This document shows, in pieces, positions 58,843-64,000 of a stretch of 64,000 nt of DNA. The notes under the pieces are model-generated. The model saw only the letters and a program-made list of their open reading frames with translations, had not been told where the DNA came from and searched no databases. Location of the stretch: assembly GCA_047495785.1 (NCBI GenBank), contig JBLDXI010000017.1, forward strand, positions 310,001-374,000. The letters are read 5' to 3'. The stretch is from Lepidodermella squamata. Lineage: Eukaryota > Animalia > Gastrotricha. How positions within the stretch are numbered: position 1 is the stretch's first letter; the number at the start of each line of letters is the position of its first letter. Position numbers and translations under genes: made by a program.

Positions 58843-58864
58843 CCTCTCTCTCTCTCTCTCTCTC
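58843..58864. repeat. (CT)n microsatellite, with (AAT)n tracts nearby at about 58987 and 59090
   Basis: Directly visible in the sequence. Confidence 0.9.
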
Positions 58865-60359
58865 GCTGTGCCGTCGTCTGATATCTACTCTCTCTCTCTA
58901 CGCTATATACGTCATTTATTCGGCATCTGCTTTCGGGCATTTTGTCCACACATATATCGCCGCGACTTTTAGCGATGTGATCGCGATAATAATAATAATA
59001 ATATTAGTGCATACAAAAAATAACAGGGGATTTTTCGTACGCACGCCCACGTTCGCGTCACATTTGTTCGCGGTATAAACACAACTTGGTAATAATAATA
59101 ATAATAATATTAGTATTTCACTGAGAGCGAAAAACGCGAGTGCGTGGGGTAGTGAGCGCGCGGCGGATGCGCGTGTTTTATATAATAATTTTACTATCGA
59201 TTTTTTTTATTTCACTTATCACATTTTTTCTGGGCAAAACGATGGGCGGGGATTGCGAGCGAGAGAAAAAAATCGAGACTGGCACTGTGTAATATTATTT
59301 TTATACCGTCAGAAGTAAAATATAATAATCTACGAGGGGCTTCGATTTTTTCGTCGCCGTTTCCGCTTTCTCTCGATGACATCTTCCTCATTCCCAGCAG
59401 TCAAGTGGGTAGGTTTCAAAATTTTCCGCACGCGTGCGCACTGTGGCCTTATTGTTGCAATTTTTTTTCTGGAAATCTTATCGCCAGAAGCGGGTGATTC
59501 ATGCGTGATAAAACCACCAAGTATTTTTTCCTGTGATTTTTAATTGTCGCTTTTTCATCAATATATCATACTGCTGCCCAGCGCCATATGACGGCGTGGG
59601 TTGAGGTGGGGATTTAACTAATAAAATGAACAAAAATAATAATTTTGAAGTGAAAAAAAACGATTTGAAGTTGCCCTCGGGTGACCTTTTCCCCTAGAAA
59701 CTATTATCATGAATTAAAAATGAAAAATAATTGATTGATGCGGTTGATTGAATCGAAGAATGCGACCTAATCAGTGACTACAGGGGATTAGAATTGAAAT
59801 GGGTAATACATATTATAATCCAATGCTTTCCAACATTGGCTTTGTGTCAATCATCTATCCTATATCCGATGATTGGATTTCAGAAAAATGGGAAGCTCGA
59901 GTGAAAGCGTGTACCTATATCGATGTCGGATTAATTGAAAAGTGCGAAGTGTTTTTTGTTGTAGGATCTGCGCGCACATTGCGCGCCTTTCATGCCTATT
60001 AATTTTCGGGAATGATCCAATCAAAGGAATTGATGACTCAGCCATGATTCGTGTGAAAAGTTCGTTCCTCGTCATGAATTTTGTTGCATCACATGGCGAA
60101 TTTCAAGTTTCACGCTTCGGGCTCCTTAATTAAGCCGGCTTTCCGGCGTGGGACTCGCCGTCCCGATATGTTACCCTGGAAAAAATCGAACTAAATAAAT
60201 TGGCGATGATGAAAAATTAATCGTGATTTCCTCCAGTGTCGAAAGTCAGGTCACACAAAATTCTGCAGCCAGGCTAAAGACATTTCGATTTTATTACTTC
60301 GTAAGAAATTTACTCGGATCAGTAAAAACGAAACCGCTGGAGCAGCTTTCAGGGTATCA

Positions 60360-61496
60360 TCAAGATGATGCCAACTTCGAACAGTAATTCCTTCGCAATC
60401 TTAGCATTATTTCGAAAACTGAAATTTCACCGACAGCGTTAGTTGCCAACTGTGCCCGGTAGATTTTAAATTTAGTTAAATCTCTGAATCGGTCATCTCC
60501 CTTGTAAAAAAAAAAAAGCTGCTGGAACTTCAGGGCGAGATATAACGGCAAAATGTTGATAAAATCCTACAGCATCCAAGGTGCAAACGATGATTTTTTA
60601 TTACATCCGGATATCCCGACTTGGCAAGCTCAAACATCGAAAATTCAGGTCATGTCCCAAACTTCAGGATTGTCCCAAAAAGCAGTGGAAAAAACGAAAG
60701 CAACAGACAAAAAAACTTTTATTGTGAAAACAAAAATGTATCCAATTTTAGGCATCAAATACGTCCAAATAGTCGTCGGGTCCAAAAATCAAGCAGAAAT
60801 TGTAGAGAGAAGCAAGAAAATCGAGCGAATTTCGCAGTAGAAATTAATTAAATTTGATGGAAACATGAATACTCTTGCAGTCTTTGATCAAGGAAGTTGG
60901 AATTCGCAGCTCGAAAGATCCTGACGATGAACTTCCCACTCCCACCAGAGCACCAGCGTCGATCATCAGTTTAACGTCAGTTTGTCCGGGAGTGGAACAG
61001 TGGAAAATCGGACTTGGAATCGGAGCACTGAGAGCACTGAGACGACTAGCTTTACACATGCCTGATGGAAGCAAAAAACAGCGTTAAAAATAAAAGAAAA
61101 CATGAATAAAAACATGCCTTTCATCGCCTCCTTTGAGCCGTAAAACTCGTCATTTTTCAGGCAAATTGCCCCGCCGCTTCGGCTCTTGTAGTTTCGATTG
61201 AGCGCTTGAAAATAGCAACTCAGCGTGCGCGCTTCGTAAAGATCGCCGTTTTCTTTCTTGAGTGACAGCAGAAAATCGGTGACCAAATTGTCGATGTCGG
61301 AAGTGCTCAAATACGCGAGATCTTCAACGTCGATTCCGAATTGGTCCATCGAATGTTTCTTGTAGCGATTCCAGACCATTTCGTCCTGTTTCATGGTATT
61401 CTTCGACTTGTTGTTGTCATTACAGAACTGCTCCGGCGCTGCGGCAACGTCACTGAGTGACCTCTTAATGCTTGTCGGCGTGGTTTCGTTGGCCAT
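60360..61496 (-). pseudogene. CryptonA / DUF3504-associated (KCTD1/ZMYM/QRICH1-like) tyrosine-recombinase remnant
   Basis: KSKNTMKQDEMVWNRY...LSTSDIDNLVTDFLLSLKKENGDLYEARTLSCYFQALNRNY...DEFYGSKEAM matches the N-terminal pattern of CryptonA proteins as I recall it. The downstream region is broken by stops and frameshifts. Confidence 0.65.
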
Positions 61497-62887
61497 AATC
61501 GCGATACGAGAAGATCGGTTTAAAAATTAAAAAGAAAATTCGCAGAATGATGAAAGCAAACAAAATGCGTCGAAAACGCAGAAATATTCGAATTTTTAAG
61601 TTGGATCTTTCAATTTTTTATTAACGCAATTATCGCGATTAGATAACGTAGCAAATTCATGACCCGGAACATTTTACGATCTTTCAAATCACTATTCTCA
61701 CTGTCTGAACAACTGTGCTTTGAACCTGAGTTTTGAAAGAAAATTGATAATTTTGGCGAAATTGCCGTTGTTAACTGCTCGGATTCAGATCGGATGTTCA
61801 GATGAATGTTCAGATCGGATTCAGATAACGGCAAATTCTATTACATCGCTCTAAAAAATATTTATTTAGACGTTGCTTTTGAACTTCGAGTTGCTCCAAT
61901 CTTGAATCGCGTTTTGAGGCACATTCATGGATAGGCCTTTTCGAAAACCTCAAAGATTAATTTTACATTTTAGTATTAATTTGGCATCACAGTGACTCTG
62001 TACCAACATTTGCGTACTCTTGATTAAGTGTTAAATCAGGGAAATAACGAGAAATATTGATTGATCACTCGCGATAAAATCGCAAGTAGTAGATTAATTG
62101 CTCAACGGGCAATTATTATCTTGCATTAGATTGCTCCCAGAACCCACGCATAAAGCATCAATAGCTCATTACGATATTATCATCTCAACCGGGAAGAATT
62201 GTCCTTTACGAAAAAAATATATATTCTACAGCGAAATTTGAAAATAGCGCATGGTAAACACTTCGCTGAGAGATTAAACTAAAAATATCTCTCATGCGCT
62301 TGAGCTATTTTGATGATATCCAGGCTTGGGTTCAAATTAAACGATAAATAGAAAATCACAGAAACGGAAAGACGGGGGAATTTAAAAATAAGGTCATGCT
62401 TGACGTGCAATTCTAGTCAGAAGCTCTTGGGACGAGCTAATGCGTGCCCCCTTTCAAACAATCATTATGAATATTGCATTTGACTAACAAAACCAAACTT
62501 CTCGTTCGATTTTAAACCAATTTTTCGAGTGGATGGCGTAGGAAACTCAGAAATTCACCTGAATAACAGCGTTTCGTGTATATCAGTTCCGAGCTGAAAA
62601 ATCTGACCACGCATCTTCACAAAGGATGTTAATCCCGCGAATTTCACACTCCCGAAGATTTTCCATTACTGCAATAGGTGAATTTCTCTTACCAAAACAT
62701 CATTTTAAGCGAGGTCTTTCATTTATTCACGTTCTCTCCGTCACAAATAGCATTAATTTCAATCAAATTGAAGTAAATTTTTAAATACTAATGTAGAATT
62801 TGCGAAAGCCAGTCGGAACAATAATAATAACATAACAATAGTACACTAGTTGCAATTTTCTAGAAACTAAAATAAACCGGGATTCAT

Positions 62888-64000
62888 TCACGCCTTGATT
62901 TGGCGCAACAACGCGTGCGGATGATCGGGTTTTAGCAACCGGACTCGATGTAGGAACGAACTGAAGGCAAACGTATATTCGACAAGTTTAAGATGGAACA
63001 GTCGAACTAGCAGCGAAGCGGTAACTTTCACTCGGCACCACAACTTATTCCCGCATTGATTCGCTTCGGCTTTCGCCAAGGCCCAGAAACACGCTCGAGA
63101 TTGAGCTAAAAATGCTGATAATTCACTTGGACAGCCGAGTTTCGACTGAATGCCGCGAATTAAGTCGTTCGATTTTAAAATAAGTAACAATTCACGAGGT
63201 ACGCAGTCGAGAAGGCCAGTCAGCTGCGGTACGAGTTGTACCGCCCAACTTTGAATTTCTGCATCTTCATTTCGGTCTTTTTTCTTCACAGCTAATTGGC
63301 CTCTAGAAACTGAATCCCAAGATCGGCCTGAAATCAGAAGCGATTATTAAAATCTAGTGACTAGGCATTCAGGTTTAACATACCTGCTACAACACATGCA
63401 AATAACTCAGCCGATTCGGGCGCTCCCATCGCTTCAGCGGCTCGTTTAATTGCAGGGACATCGCCGCTGATTAGTCCGAGCCATAACCGGCAATAGTCCA
63501 ATCGAAATTTATCGCTCAATTGTTGATACAACCCATGGTCGAGGAGTACCAACTTCACCTTGCCAGTTTTCGGATTTTTTTGCACGAGTAAATTTCCTGG
63601 ATGTGGATCACAGTGCATAAGGCCGCGGGTAAAAATCATGTCCGAGTAGAGTTTTCCTAGCATAGAAACAACTTCTCGCTCATTGATTCCATTCTGTTGC
63701 ATATAATCGATGTCGTCAACTTGACAGCCCTCGCAGAACTCCATTGTGAGAACGCGACTTGTCGATACATTTCGATAAATCTTGGGTAGCTTCAGAAAAC
63801 TGCTCAGATGTTTGTACGTTCGTTTTGCTTCTTCGCAATTATCAGCTTCGTGCAAGAAATCTAGCTCTAATGGAAGATTTTTCTTTGTGATTTCAACGAG
63901 CCAGCGAAACCGGAACTCTGGGAAGAACCTTTCAGCAACGCCGACGAGAAATTCCATTGTTTTCATGTCGAGGTAAGCGAATTTCTTCACATTTTTGTGT
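62888..64000 (-). CDS. ADCK1: aarF-domain-containing kinase 1 (ABC1/UbiB family), 3' part. Exons >64000-63384 and about 63328-62888.
   Basis: LPLELDFLHEADN, STSRVLTMEFCEG, GLMHCDPHPGNLLV, LLDHGLY and VPRELLLILKSNDLIRGI. Confidence 0.92.

Noticed and set aside
1-64000. tRNA, rRNA, snRNA or spliced-leader RNA genes
   Set aside because: None were recognised by eye. tRNAscan-SE or Infernal would be needed to exclude them.

Overview
Intron-containing animal genomic DNA, probably a nematode. That call is an inference from the ~50-nt AT-rich introns ending TTTTCAG/TTTTAG and from astacin-EGF-CUB genes of the NAS type. Conserved genes: the 3' ~3,800 codons of BIRC6/BRUCE, a flavin monooxygenase, an i-type lysozyme, DEGS1, PC2 (egl-3/PCSK2) and the 3' part of ADCK1. 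The most unusual locus is a minus-strand NLR-like gene at 21.7-28.8 kb. It reads NEK-like kinase - TIR (catalytic Glu position retained) - NB-ARC - ten near-identical ankyrin repeats that vary at binding-surface positions. It uses GC-AG introns, carries a 596-bp copy of its TIR exons inserted into kinase exon 1, and has a hammerhead-ribozyme motif in one intron. Other notable items: a complete CBP/p300-type TAZ zinc finger spliced into BIRC6, and two small antisense genes with GPI-like tails nested in a BIRC6 intron. There is also a tandem pair of catalytically dead astacin-EGF-CUB-kringle genes, an apparently intact P element whose transposase lacks a THAP domain, a 30-bp P-type excision footprint, a Crypton remnant and several MITEs. 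All gene models were spliced by eye and no database searches were run.
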